This document shows, in pieces, positions 11,501 through 24,900 of a stretch of DNA of 64,000 bases (its first letter is position 1; every line of letters begins with the position of its first letter). Origin of the DNA: the human T2T-CHM13v2.0 reference genome, Homo sapiens. Below the pieces are notes generated by a model. The model did not search any database. It was given only the letters and a program-made list of their open reading frames with translations, and was not told where the DNA came from. The position numbers and the translations under genes are program-made. The stretch lies in assembly GCF_009914755.1 (NCBI RefSeq), contig NC_060929.1; one strand, given 5' to 3'.

Positions 11501-14500
11501 CTCACAGAGTTGAACATTCATTTCGACAGAGCAGTTTTGAAATACTCTTTTTGTGCAATTGGCAATTGTAGATTTCAAGCGCTTTGAGGCCAATGGTAGA
11601 AAAGGAAATATCTTCGTATAAAAAATGGACAGAATCATTCCCAGAACCTGCGTTGTGATGTGTGCGTTCAACTCACCGAGTTTAACCTTTCTTTTTATAG
11701 AGCAGTTGGGAAACACTCTGTTTGTAACGTCTGCAAGCAGATATTTGGACGTCCTTGAGACGTTCGTTGCAAACGGGTATTCTTCAAATAAGGCTAGACC
11801 GAAGAATTCTAAGTAACTTCCTTGTGTTGTGCGTATTCAACTAACAGAGTTGAACCTTCCTTTACACAGAGCAGATTTGAAACACTCTTTTTGTGCAATT
11901 TGCAAGTGGAGATTTCAAGCGATTTGAGGGCAATGGTAGAAAAGGAAATAACTTCATATAAAAACTAGACAGAATCATTCTCAGAAACTGCTTTGTGATG
12001 TGTGCATTCAAATCACTGAGATTAACCTATCTTTTCCTAGAGAAGTTTGGACACACTGTGTTTGTAACTTCTGCAAATGGATATTTGGACCTCCTTGAGG
12101 CATTTGTTGGAAACGGGATTTCTTCATATAATGCTAGACAGAAGAATTCTCAGTATCTTCCTTGTGTTGTGTGTATTCAACTCACAGAGTTGAAACTTCC
12201 TATACACAGAGCAGATATGAAACACTCCTTTTGTGGAATTTGCAAGTGGAGATTTCAAGCGATTTCAGGCCAACGATAGAAAAGGATATATCTTCGTATA
12301 AAAACTAGACAGAATCATTCTCAGAAACTCCTTTGTGAAGTGTGCGCTCAACTCACAGAGTTTAACCTTTCTTTTCATACAGCAGTTTGGAAACATTCTG
12401 TTTGTATAGTCTGCAAGTGGATATTTGGACCTCTTTGAGGCCGTCGTTGGAAATGGGAATTCTTCATATAATGCTAGACTCTAGAATTCTCAGTAAATTC
12501 TTTGTGTTGTGTGGATTCAACTCACAGAGTTGAAGCCTCCTTTAGACAGAGCAGATATGAAACACTTTTTTTGTGGGAATTACAATTGGAGATTTCAAGC
12601 GATTTGAGGCCAATTGTAGAAAAGGGAATATCTGAGTATAAAAACTAGACAGAATCATTATCAGAAACTACATTGTGATGTGTGCATTCAACTCACAGAG
12701 TTTAACCTTTCTTTTCATACAGCAGTTTGGAAACACTCTGTTTGTATAGTCCGCAAGTAGATAATTGGACCTCTTTGAGGCCTTCTTTGGAAACGGGATT
12801 TCTTCATATAATGCTAGACAGAAGAATTCTTAGTAACTTCTTTGTTTTGTGTGTATTCAACTGACAGAGTTGAACCTTCATTTGGACAGAGCAGATTTGA
12901 AACACTCTTTTTATGGAATTTGCAAGTAGAGACTTCAAGTGCTTTGAGGCAATGGTAGAAAAGGCAATACCTTTGTATAAAAACTAGACAGAATCTTTCG
13001 CCGAAACTACTTTGTGATGTGTGCGTTCAACTAACAGAGTTTAAACTTTCTTTTCATAGAGCAGTTTGGAAACACTGTGTTTGTAAAGTCTGCAAGTGGA
13101 TATTCGGACCTCTTTGAGGCCTTCGTTGGAAACGGGATTTCTTCATATAATGGTAGACAGAAGAATTCTCAGTACCTTCTTTGTGTTGTGTGTATTCAAC
13201 TCACAGAGTTGAACCTTCCTTTAGACAGAGCAGATTTGAAACACTCTTTTTGTGGAATTTGCAAGTGGAGATTTCATGCGCTTAGAGGCCAATGGTAGAA
13301 AAGGAAACATCTTCGTATAAAAACTAGCAGAATCATTCGCAGAGACTGCCTTGTGATGTGTGGGTTCAACTCACAGAGTTTATCCTTTCTTTTCATTCAG
13401 CAGTTTGGAAACACTCTGTTTGAAAAGTCTGCATGTGGATATTTTGACCTCCTTGAGGAATTCTTTGGAAACGGGATTTCTACATACAAGGCTAGACAGA
13501 AGAATTCTCAGTAACTTCCTTGGGTTGTGTGTATTGAATTCGCAGAGTTGAACCTTCCTTTAGACAGAGCAGATTTGAAACACTCTTTTTGTGGAATTTG
13601 CAAGTGGAGGTTTCAAGCGATTTGAGGCCAATGGTAGAAAAGGAAATATCTCCATATAAAAACTCGACAGAATCATTCTCACAAACTGCTTTGTGTTGTG
13701 TGCATTCCACACACGGAGTTTAACCTATCTTCCACAGAGAAGTTTGGAAACACTGAGTTTGTAAATTCTGCAAGTGGATATATGGACCTCCTTGAGGCCT
13801 TCGTTGGAAACGGGATTTTTTCATATAATGCTAGACAAAAGAATTCTCAGTATCTTCCTTGAGTTGTTTGTATTCAACTCACAGAGATGAACTTTCCTTT
13901 AGACAGAGCAGATTTGAAACACTCTTTTCTTGGAATTTGCAAGTGGAGATTTCACTCGCTTTGAGGACAATGGTAGAAAAGGAAATATCTTCTTATAAAA
14001 ACTAGAAAGAATCATTCCCAGAAACTCTGTTGTGATGTGTGCATTCAACAAACAGAGTGTAACCTTTCTTTTCATAAAGCAGTTGGGAAACACTCTGTCT
14101 GTAAAGTCTGCAAGTGGATATTTGGACCTCCTTGAGGCCTTCGTTGGAAACGGGATTTCTTCATATAATGCTAGACAGAGGAAATCTCAGTAACTTCTTT
14201 GTGTTGTGTGTATTCAACTCACAGAGTTCAAACTTCCTTTAGACAGAGCAGATTTGAAAAAATCTTTTTGTTGAATGCAAGTGGAGATTTCAAGCGCTTT
14301 GTGGCCAATTGAAGGAAAGGAAATATCTTCTCATAAAACCTAGACAAAATCATTCCCAGAAACTGCCTACTGATGTGTTAGTTTAACTCACAGATTTTAA
14401 CCTTTCTTTTCATACATCATTTTGGAAACAGTCTGTTTGTAAAGTCTGCAAATGGATATTTGGACCTCTTTGAGGCCTTCGTTGGAAACGGGACTTCTTC

Positions 14501-17500
14501 ATATAATGGTAGACAGAAGAATTCTCAGTACCTTCTCTGTGTTGTGTGTATGCAACTCACAGAGTTGAAACTTCCTTTAGACACAGCAGATTTGAAACAC
14601 TCTTTTGGTGGAATTTGCAAGTGGAGACTTTAAGCGCTTTGAGGCCTACGGTAGAAAAGGAAATATCTTCGCATAATAACAGGACAGAATCATTCCCAGA
14701 AACTGCGTTGTGATGTGTGCGTTTAACTCACAGAGTGAAACCTTTCTTTTCATAGAGCACTTTGGAATCACTCTGTTTGTAAAGTCTGCAAGTGGATATT
14801 TGGACCTACTTGAGGCCTTCGTTGCAAACGGGATTTTTTCATATAATGCTAGACAAAAGAATTCTCAGTAACCTACTTGTGTTGTGTGTATTCAACTCAC
14901 AGAGTTGAAACTTCCTTTAGACAGAGCAGATTTGAAATACTCTTTTCGTGGAATGTGCAAGTGGAGATTTCAAGCGCTTTGAGGCCAAGAGTAGAAAAGG
15001 AAATATCTTCGTATAAAACCTAGACAGAATCATTCCCAGAAACTGCGTTGTGATGTGTGCGTTCAACATACAGATTTAACATTTCTTTTCATAGAGCATT
15101 TAGGAAACACTCTGTTTGTAACGTCTGCAAGTGGATATTCGGACCTCTTTGAATCCTTCGTTGTAAACGGGATTTCTTCATATAATGCTAGACACAGGAA
15201 TTCTCAGTAACTTCTTTGTGTTGTGTGTATACAACTCACAGAGTACAACCTTCCTTTAGACAGAGCAGATTTGAAACACTCTTTTTCTGGAATTTGCAAG
15301 TGGAGATTTCATGCGCTTAGAGGCTAATGGTAGAAAAGGAAATATCTTCGCATAAAAACTAGCAGAATCATTCCCCGAAACTGTGTTGTGATGTGTGAGT
15401 TCAACTCACAGAGTTTTACCTTTGTTCTCATAGAGCAGTTGGGAAACACTCTGTTTATAAAGTCTGCAAGTGGATATTCGGACCTCTTTGAGTCATTCGT
15501 TGGAAAAGGGATTTCTTCATATAATGCCAGACAAAAGAATTCTCAGTAACTTCCTTGAGTTGTGTGTATTCAACTCAAAGAGTTGAACTTTCCATTAGAA
15601 AGAGCAGATTTGAAACACTCTTTTTGTGGAATTTGCAAGAGAGATTTCAAGCGCTTTGAGGACAGTGGTAGAAAAGGAAATATCTTCGTATTAAAACAAG
15701 ACAGAATGATTCTCAGAAACTGCTTTTTGATGTGTGCGTTCACCTCACAGAGTTTAACCTTTCTTTTCATAGAGCAGTTAGGAGATAGTCTGTTTGTAAT
15801 GTCAGCAAGTGGATATTCGGACCTCTTTGATGCCTTCGTTGGAAAGGGGATTTCTTCATATAATATTAGACAGAGGAATTCTCAGAAACTTCATTCTGTT
15901 GTGTGTATTCAACTCACAGAGCTCAACCTTCCTTTTGACAGAGTAGATTTAAAACACTCTTTTTGTGGAATTTCCAAGTGGAGATTTCAAGCGCTTTATG
16001 GCCAGTGGTGGAAAAGTATATATCTTCGTGTAAAACTAGACAAAATCCTTCCCAGAAACTATGTAGTGATGCGTGTGTTTAACTGACAGAGTTTAACATT
16101 TCTTTTCATAGAGTATTCTGGAAACACTCTGTTTGTGAAGTCTGCAAGTGGATATTTGGACCTCTTTGAGGCCTTCATTGGAAACCGGATTTCTTCATAT
16201 AATGGTAGACAGAAGAATTGTCAATACCTTCTTTGTGTTGTGTGTATGCAACTCACAGAGTTGAACCTTCCTTTAGACAGAGCAGATTTGAAACACTCTT
16301 TTTGTGGAATTTGAAAGAGGAGATTTCTAATGCTTTGTGGCCAATGGTAGAAAAGGTAATATCTTCGTATAAAACTAGACAGAATCATTCCCCGAAACTA
16401 CGTTGTGGTGTGTGATTTCAACTCACAGAGTTTTACCATTGTTTTCATAGAGCAGCTGGGAAACACTCTGTTTGTAAAGTGTGCAAAGGGATAATTGGAC
16501 CTCCTTGAGGCCTTCGTTGGAAACAGGATTTTTTCAAATAATGAGAGACAGAAGAATTCTCAGTAACTTCCTTGTGTTGTGTGTATTCAACTCACAGAGT
16601 TGAACGATCCTTTACACAGAGCAGACTAGAAACACTCTTTTTGTGGAATTTGCAAGTGGAGATTTCAAGCCGTTTGAGGCCAATGGTAGAAAAGGAAATA
16701 TCTTCGTATAAAAACTAGACAGAATCATTCTCAGAAACTGCTTTGTGTTGTGTGCGATCAACTCACAGAGTTTAACCTTTCTTTTCATAGAGCCGTTTGG
16801 AAACACTATGTTTGTCAAGTCTGCAAGTGTGTATTCGGACCTTTTTGTGGTCTTCGTTGGAAACAGGATTTCTTCATATAATGCTAGACAGAAGAATTCT
16901 CAATATCTTCCTTGTGTTGTGTTTATTCAACTCACAGAGTTGAACGTTCCTTTAGACAGAGCAGATCTGAAAAACTCTTTTTGTGGAATTTGCAAGTGGA
17001 GATTTCAGCCGCTTTGAGGTCAACGGTAGAAAAGGACATATCTTCGTATAAAAAGTAGACAGAATGATTCTCAGAAACTGCTTTGTGATGTGTGCGTTCA
17101 ACTCACAGAGTTTTACCTTTATTTTCATAGAGCAGTTAGGAAACAGTCTGTTTGTAAAGTGTGCAAGTAGATATTCGGAGCTCTTTGACGCCTTCGTTGG
17201 AAACGGGATTTCTTCATATAATGCTAGACAGAGGAATTCTCAGTAACTTCTTTGTGTTCTGTGTATACAACTCACAGAGTAGAGTACAACCTTCCTTTAG
17301 ACAGAGCAGATTTGAAACACTCTTTTTGTGGCACTTACAAGTGGAGATTTCAAGCGCTTAGAGGCCAATTGTGGAAAAGGAAATATCTTCGTATAAAAAC
17401 AAGATAGAATCATTCTCAGAAACTGCTTTGTGATATGTGCGTTCAACTCACAGAGTTTAACCTTTCTTTTCATAGAGCAGCTGTGAAACACTATGTTTGT

Positions 17501-20390
17501 AAAGTCTGCAAGTGGTTATTTGGACCTCCTTGAGGCCTTCGTTGGAAACGGGGTTTCCTCATATAATGCTAGACCGAAGAATTCTCAATAACTTCCTTGT
17601 GTTGTGTGTATTCCACTGACAACAGCTGAGCCTACCTTTAGACAGAGCCGATTTGAAACACTCTTTTTGTGGAATTTGCAAGTGGAGATTTCAAGAGCTT
17701 TAAGGTCAATGTTAGAAAAGGAAATATCTTCGTATAAAACCTAGACAGAATCATTCTCAAAAACTGCTTCGTGATGTGTGCGTAGAACACACAGAGTTTA
17801 ACCTTTCTTTTCATAGAGCCCTTTGGAAACACTCTGTTGGTCAAACTGCAAGTCGATATTCTGATCTCTTTCAGGCCTTCGTTGCAAACTGGATTTCTTC
17901 ATATAATGCTAGACAGAAGAATTCTCAGTAACTTACTTTTGTTGTGTGTACTCAACTCACAGAGGTGAACGTTCCTTTAGACACAGCAGATTTGAAACCC
18001 TCTTTTTGTGGAATTTGCAAGTGGAGATTTCATGTGCCTTGAGGCCAAAGGCAGAAAAGGAAATATCTTCGTAGAAAAACAAGACAGAATCATTCTCAGA
18101 AACTGCTTTGTGATGTATGCATTCAACTCAAAGAGTTTATCCTTACTTTTCGTACGGCAGTTTGGAAACTCTCTGTTTGAAAAGTCTGCAAACGGATATT
18201 TTGATCTCTTTGAGGCCTTCTTTGGAAACGGGTTTTATTCATGTAAGGCTAGACAGAAAAATTCTCAGTAACTTCTTTGTGTTGTGTGTATTCAGCTGAC
18301 AGAGATGACACTTCCTCTAGACAGAGCAGATTTGAAACACTCTTTTTGAGGAATTTGCAAGTGTAGATTTCAAACCCTTTGAGGTCAATGGTAGAAAAGG
18401 AAATATCTTCATATAAAAACTAGGCAGAATGATTCTCAGAAAGTACTGTGTGATGTGTGCATTCAATTCAAAGAGTTTTACCTTTCTTTTCATAGAGCAG
18501 TTAGGAAACAGTCTGTTTGTCAAATCTGCAAGTCGATATTCGGACCTAGTTGAAGCCTTCTTTGGAAACGGGATTTCCTCATATAATGCTAGAAAGAGGA
18601 ATTCTCAGTAACTTCCTTGTGTTGTGTGTACTCAACTCACAGAGGTGAACTTTCCTTTAGACAGAGCAGATTTGAAACACTCTTTTTGTGGAATTTGCAA
18701 ATGGAGATTTCAAGCACTTTGAGGCCAATGGTAGAAACGAAATATCTTCGTATAAAAACAAGACAAAATCATTCCCAGAAACTGCATTGTGATGTGTGCG
18801 TTCAACTCACAGAGTTTAACCTTTCTTTTCATTGAGCAGTTTGGATAAACTCTGTTTGTAAAGTCTGCAAGTGTATATTTGGACTTCTTAGATGCCTTAG
18901 TTGGAAACGGGATTTCTTCATATAATGCTAGAGAGAAGAATTCTTAGTAACTCCTTTGTGTTGTGTGCATTCAACTGACAGAGGTGAATCTTCCATTAGA
19001 CAGAGCAGATTAGAAACACGCTTTTTGTGGAATTGGCAAATGGAGATTTCAAGCCCTTTGAGGCCAAAGGCAGAAAAGGAAATATCTTCGTATAAAAACT
19101 AGACAGAATCATTCTCAGAAACTGATCTGTGATGTGTGCTTTCAACTCACAGTTTAAATTTTCTTTTCATTCCGCAGTTTGGAAACACTCTGTTTGTAAA
19201 GTCTGCAAGTGGATATTTTGTCCTCTTTGAGGCCTTCGTTGGAAACGGGTTTTTTTCATGTAATGCTAGACAGAAGAATTCTCAGTAACTTCCTTGTTTT
19301 GTGTGTATTCAACTCACAGAGTTCAACGTTCCTGTAGACAGAGCAGATTTGAAACACACTTTTTGTGGAATTTGCAAGTGGAGATTTCAAGCGCTTTTTG
19401 GTCAATTGCAGAAATGGAAATATCTTCGTTTAAAAACTAGACAGAATCATTCCCAGAAACGGCGTTGTGATCTGGGCGTTCAACTCACAGAGTTTCACCT
19501 TTCTTTTCATTCAGCAGTTTGGAAACACTCTGTTTGAAAAGTCAGCAAGTGGATAATTGGACCTCCTTGAGGAGTTCGTTGGAAACAGGATTTCCTAATT
19601 TAAGGCTAGACAGAAGAATTCTCAGTAACTTCCTCGTGTTGTGTGTATTCAACTGACAGAGTTGAACCTTCCTTCAGACAGAGCAGATTTGAAACACTCT
19701 TTTTGTGGAATTTGCAAGTGGAGATTTCAAGCGATTTGAGGCCAACGGTAGAAAAGGAAATATCTTCGTATAAAAACTACACAGAATCTTTCCCATAAAC
19801 TGCTTTGTCATGTGTGCATTCAACTCACAGAGTTTAACCTTTCTGCTCATACAGCAGTTTGGAAACACTCTGTTTGTAAAGTCTGCAAGTGGATATTTTG
19901 ACCTCTTTGACGCCATCTTTGGAAACGGGATTTCTTCATATAACGCTAGACAGAAGAATTCTAAGTAAGTCCTTTGTGTTGTGTGTATTCAACACACAGA
20001 TGTGTACGTTCCTTTAGGCAGAGCAGACTTGAAACACTCTTCCTTTTGGAATTTGCAAGTGGACATTTCGAGCGCTTTCAGGTCAATGATAGAAAAGGAA
20101 ATATCTTCGTATAAAAACAAGACAAAATCATTAACAGAAACTGCGTAGTGAAGTGTGTGTTTAACTCACAGAGTTTAACCTTTCTTTTCGTACAGCATTT
20201 TGGAAACACTCTGTTTGTAAAGTCTGCAAGTGGATATTTGGACCACTTAGATGCCTTCGTTGGAAAAGGGATTTCTTCTTACAATACTAGAGAGAAGAAT
20301 TCTTAGTAAATTCTTTGTGTTGTGTGTATTCAACTAACAGAGTTGAGCATTCCTTTAGACAGAGCAGATTTGAAACACTCTTTTTGTGGA
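2541..20390 (+). repeat. Divergent dimeric (~340 bp) SF1-type (J1/J2) alpha satellite, without a homogeneous HOR
   Basis: Alternating A-type (ggccaatggtagaaaaggaaatatcttcgtataaaaactagacagaatcattctcag) and B-type (gaggccttcgttggaaacgggatttcttcatataatgctagacagaagaattctcagtaac) monomers, with an EcoRI site in agaagaattctcag about every 340 bp. Dimers carry many private substitutions and indels. The SF1 assignment rests on recalled similarity to the SF1 EcoRI-dimer consensus. Confidence 0.9.
2628..2644 (+). promoter_or_regulatory. CENP-B box (first in window; representative of the intact boxes in the divergent layer)
   Basis: Exact CTTCGTTGGAAACGGGA. Confidence 0.9.
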
Positions 20391-20594
20391 ATTTGCAATT
20401 GGAAATTTCAAGCGCTTTGAGGCCAAAGGCAGAAGAGGAAGTATCTTCGTATAAAAACAAGTCAGAATCATTCAAAGAAACTGCTTTATCATGTGTGCGT
20501 TCAACTCACGGAGTTTAACCTACCTTTTCATACAGCAGTTTGGAAACACTCTGTTTGTAAAGTCTGCAAGTGGATATTTGGACATCTTTGGGGC

Positions 20595-20611
20595 CTTCGT
20601 TGGAAACGGGT
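20595..20611 (+). promoter_or_regulatory. CENP-B box, HOR dimer 1 (recurs once per HOR copy)
   Basis: CTTCGTTGGAAACGGGT, matches the core NTTCGNNNNANNCGGGN. Confidence 0.88.
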
Positions 20612-21955
20612 TTTATTCATGTAAGGCTAGACAGAAGATTTCTCAGTAACTTCTTTGTGTTGTGTGTATTCAACTGACAGAGTTGACCCTTCTTTTAGGT
20701 AGAGCAGATTTGAGACACTCTTTTTGTGGAATTTGCAAGTGGAGATTTCAGACGCTTTGAGGTCAATGGTACAAAAGGAAATTTCTTCGTATAAAAACTT
20801 GACAGAATGATTCTCAGAAACTGCTTTGTGATGTATGCGTTCAATTCAAAGAGTTCTACCTTTCTTTTCATAGAGCACTTAGGAAACACTCTGTTTGTAA
20901 AGACTGTAAGTGGATATTCGGACCTCTATGAGGCCTTCTTTGGAAAAGGGATTTCTTCATATAATGCTAGACAGAGGAATTCTTCGTAACTTCTTTGTAT
21001 TGTGTGTATTCAACTCACAGAGTTGAACCTTCTTTTAGATAGAGCAGATTTGAAACACACTTTTTGTGGAATTTCCAATCGGAGATTTCAAGCGCTTTGG
21101 GGCCAATGGTAGAAAAGGAAAAATCTTCACATAAAAACTAGACAAAATCATTCCCAAAAACTGTGTAGTGATGTGTATGTTTAACTCACAGAGTTTAACC
21201 TTTCTTTTCATAGAGCAGTTGGGAAACACTCTGTTTGAAAAGTCTGCATGTGGATATTTGGACCGCCATGAGGCGTTCTTTGGAAATGGTATTCCTTCAT
21301 TTAAGGCTACACAGAAGAATTCTCAGTAACTTCCTTGTGTTGTGTGTATTCAGCTCACAGAGTTGAACCTTCTTTTAGATAGAGCAGATTTGAAAGACAC
21401 TTTTTGGGGAATTTGCAAGTGGAGATTTCAAGCGCTTTGAGGCCAACGGTAGAAAAGGAAATATCTTCGAATAAAAAGTAGACAGAATCATTCCCAGAAA
21501 CTGCGTTTTGATGTGTGCGTTCACCTAAAAGAGTTTAACCTTCCTTTTCATACAGCAGTTGGGAAACGCTATGTTTGTAAAGTCTGCAAGTGGATATTGG
21601 GAACTCTTTGAGGCCTTCATTGGGAATGGGGTTTCTTCATATAATGCTAGACAGAAGATTTCCCAGTAACTTCTTCCTGTTGTGTGTATTCAACTGACAA
21701 CAGATGAACCTTCCTTTACAGAGAGCAGATTTGAAACACTCTTTTTGTGGAATTTGCAAGTGGAGATTTCAGCCGCTTTAACGTCAATGGTAGAAAAGGA
21801 AATATCTTCGCATAAAAACAAGACAGAATCATTTTCAGAAACTGCTTTGTGATGTGTGCATTCAACTCACAGAGTTTAACCTTTGTTTTCCTAGAGCCGT
21901 TTGGAAACACACAGTTTGTCAAATCTGTAAGTCGATATTCGGACCTATTTGAGGC

Positions 21956-21972
21956 CTTCGTTGGAAACGGGA
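21956..21972 (+). promoter_or_regulatory. CENP-B box, HOR dimer 5 (canonical; recurs per HOR copy, absent from the 14-mer)
   Basis: Exact CTTCGTTGGAAACGGGA. Confidence 0.9.
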
Positions 21973-24900
21973 TTTCTTCATATAATGCTAGAAAGAAGAA
22001 TTCTCAGTAACTTCCTTGTGTTGTGTGTAATCAACTCACTGAATAGAACGTTCCTTTAGATAGAGCAGATTTGAAACACTCTTTTTGTGGAAGTTGCACG
22101 TGGAGATTTCAAGCGCTTTGTGGCCAGTGGTAGAAAATGAAATATCTTCGTATAAAAACTACACAGAATCATTCTCAGAAACTACTTTCTGATGTGTGCG
22201 TTCAACTCTCGGAGTTTAAACTTTCTTTTCAAAGAGCAGTTTGGAAACAGTGTGTTTGTAAAGTCTGCAAGTGGATATTCGGACCTCTTTGGCGCCTTAA
22301 TTTGAAACGGGGTTTCTCCCTATAATGCTAGACAGAAGAATTCTCAATAACTTGTTTGTGTTGTGTGTGTTCAACTCACAGAGTTGAACCTTCCTTTAGA
22401 CAGAGCAGATTTGAAACACTCTTTTTGTGGAATTTGCAAGTGGAGATTTCAAGCGCTTTGAGGCCAAAGGCAGAAAAGGAAATATCTTCGTATAAAAACT
22501 AGATAGATCATTCTCAGAAACTGGTTTGTGATGTGTGCGTTCAACTCACAGAGTTTCACTTATCTTTTCGTACAGCAGTTTGGACACACTCTGTTTGTAA
22601 TGTCTGCAAGTGGATATTTTGACCTCTTTGAGGTCTTCATTGGAAACGGGTTTTATTCATGTAAGGCTAGACAGAAGAATTCTCAGTAACTTCTTTGTAT
22701 TGTGTGTATTCCACTGACAGAGTTGACCCTTCCTTTAGACAGAGCACATTTGAACCACTCTTTTTGTGGAATTTGCAAGTGGAGATTTCAGACGCATTGA
22801 GGTCAATGGTAGAAAAGGAAATATCTTCGTATAAAAACTAGACAGAATGATTCTCAGAACCTGCTTCGTGATGTGTGTGTTCAGTTCAAAGAGTTTTACC
22901 TTTCTTTTCATAGAGCAGTTAGGAAACACTCTGTTTGAACAGTCTGAATGTGGATATTCCGATCTCTTTGAGGCCTTCGTTGGAAAAGGGATTTCTTCAT
23001 ATAATGCTAGACAGAGGAATTCTCAGTAACTTCTCTGTGTTGTGTGTATTCAAATCACAGAGTTGAACGTTCCTTTAGACAGAGCAGACTTGAAACACTC
23101 TTTTTTGTGGAATTTGCAATAGGAAATTTCAAGCGCTTTGAGGCCAAAGGCAGAAGAGGAAATATCTTCGTAGAAAAACAAGTCAGAATCATTCTCAGAA
23201 ACTGCTTTATCATGTGTGCGTTCGACTCACGGAGTTTAACCTACCTTTTCATACAGCAGTTTGGAAACACTCTGTTTGTAAAGTCTGCAAGTGGATATTT
23301 GGACATCTTTGAGGCCTTCGTTGGAAACGGGTTTTATTTATGTAAGGCTAGACAGAAGATTTCTCAGTAACTTCTTTGTGTTGTGTGTATTCAACTGACA
23401 GAGTTGACCCTTCTTTTAGGTAGAGCAGATTTGAGACACTCTTTTTGTGGAATTTGCAAGTGGAGATTTCAGACGCTTTGAGGTCAATGGTAGAAAAGGA
23501 CATTTCTTCGTATAAAAACTTGACAGAATGATTCTCAGAAACTGCTTTGTGATGTATGCGTTCAAGTCAAAGAGTTCTACCTTTCTTTTCATAGAGCACT
23601 TAGGAAACACTCTGTTTGTAAAGACTGCAAGTGGATATTCGGACCTCTATGAGGCCTTCTTTGGAAAAGGGATTTCTTCATATAATGCTAGACAGAGGAA
23701 TTCTTCGTAACTTCTTTGTATTGTGTGTATTCAACTCACAGAGTTGAACCTTCTTTTAGATAGAGCAGATTTGAAACACACTTTTTGTGGAATTTCCAAT
23801 TGGAGATTTCAAGCACTTCGGGGCCAATGGTAGAAAAGGAAAAATCTTCACATAAAAACTAGACAAACTCATTCCCAGAAACTGTGTAGTGATGTGTATG
23901 TTTAACTCACAGAGTTTATCCTTTCTTTTCATAGAGCAGTTGGGAAACACTCTGTTTGAAAAGTCTGCATGTGGATATTTGGACCGCCATGAGGCGTTCT
24001 TTGGAAATGGTATTTCTTCATTTAAGGCTACAAAGAAGAATTCTCAGTAACTTCCTTGTGTTGTGTGTATTCAGCTCACAGAGTTGAACCTTCTTTTAGA
24101 TAGAGCAGATTTGAAAGACACTTTTTGGGGAATTTGCAAGTGGGGATTTCAAGCGCTTTGAGGCCAACGGTAGAAAAGGAAATATCTTCGAATAAAAAGT
24201 AGACAGAATCATTCCCAGAAACTGCGTTTTGATGTGTGCGTTCACCTAACAGAGTTTAACCTTCCTTTTCATAGAGCAGTTGGGAAACGCTATGTTTGTA
24301 AAGTCTGCAAGTGGATATTGGGAACTCTTTGAGGCCTTCATTGGGAATGGAGTTTCTTCATATAATGCTAGACAGAAGATTTCCCAGTAACTTCTTCCTG
24401 TTGTGTGTATTCAACTGACAACAGATGAACCTTCCTTTAGAGAGAGCAGATTTGAAACACTCTTTTTGTGGAATTTGCAAGTGGAGATTTCAGCCGCTTT
24501 AACGTCAATGGTAGAAAAGCAAATATCTTCGCATAAAAACAAGACAGAATCATTTTCAGAAACTGCATTGTGATGTGTGCATTCAACTCACAGAGTTTAA
24601 CCTTTGTTTTCATAGAGCCGTTTGGAAACACACAGTTTGTCAAATCTGTAAGTCGATATTCGGACCTATTTGAGGCCTTCGTTGGAAACGGGATTTCTTC
24701 ATATAATGCTAGAAAGAAGAATTCTCAGTAACTTCCTTGTGTTGTGTGTAATCAACTCACAGAATAGAACGTTCCTTTAGATAGACCAGATTTGAAACAC
24801 TCTTTTTGTGGAAGTTGCACGTGGAGATTTCAAGCGCTTTGTGGCCAGTGGTAGAAAATGAAATATCTTCGTATAAAAAGTACACAGAATCATTCTCAGA

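Noticed and set aside
15562-16086. Longest ORF (174 aa)
   Set aside because: Chance read-through across three monomers. The protein is internally repetitive at the dimer period and is not conserved in other dimers.
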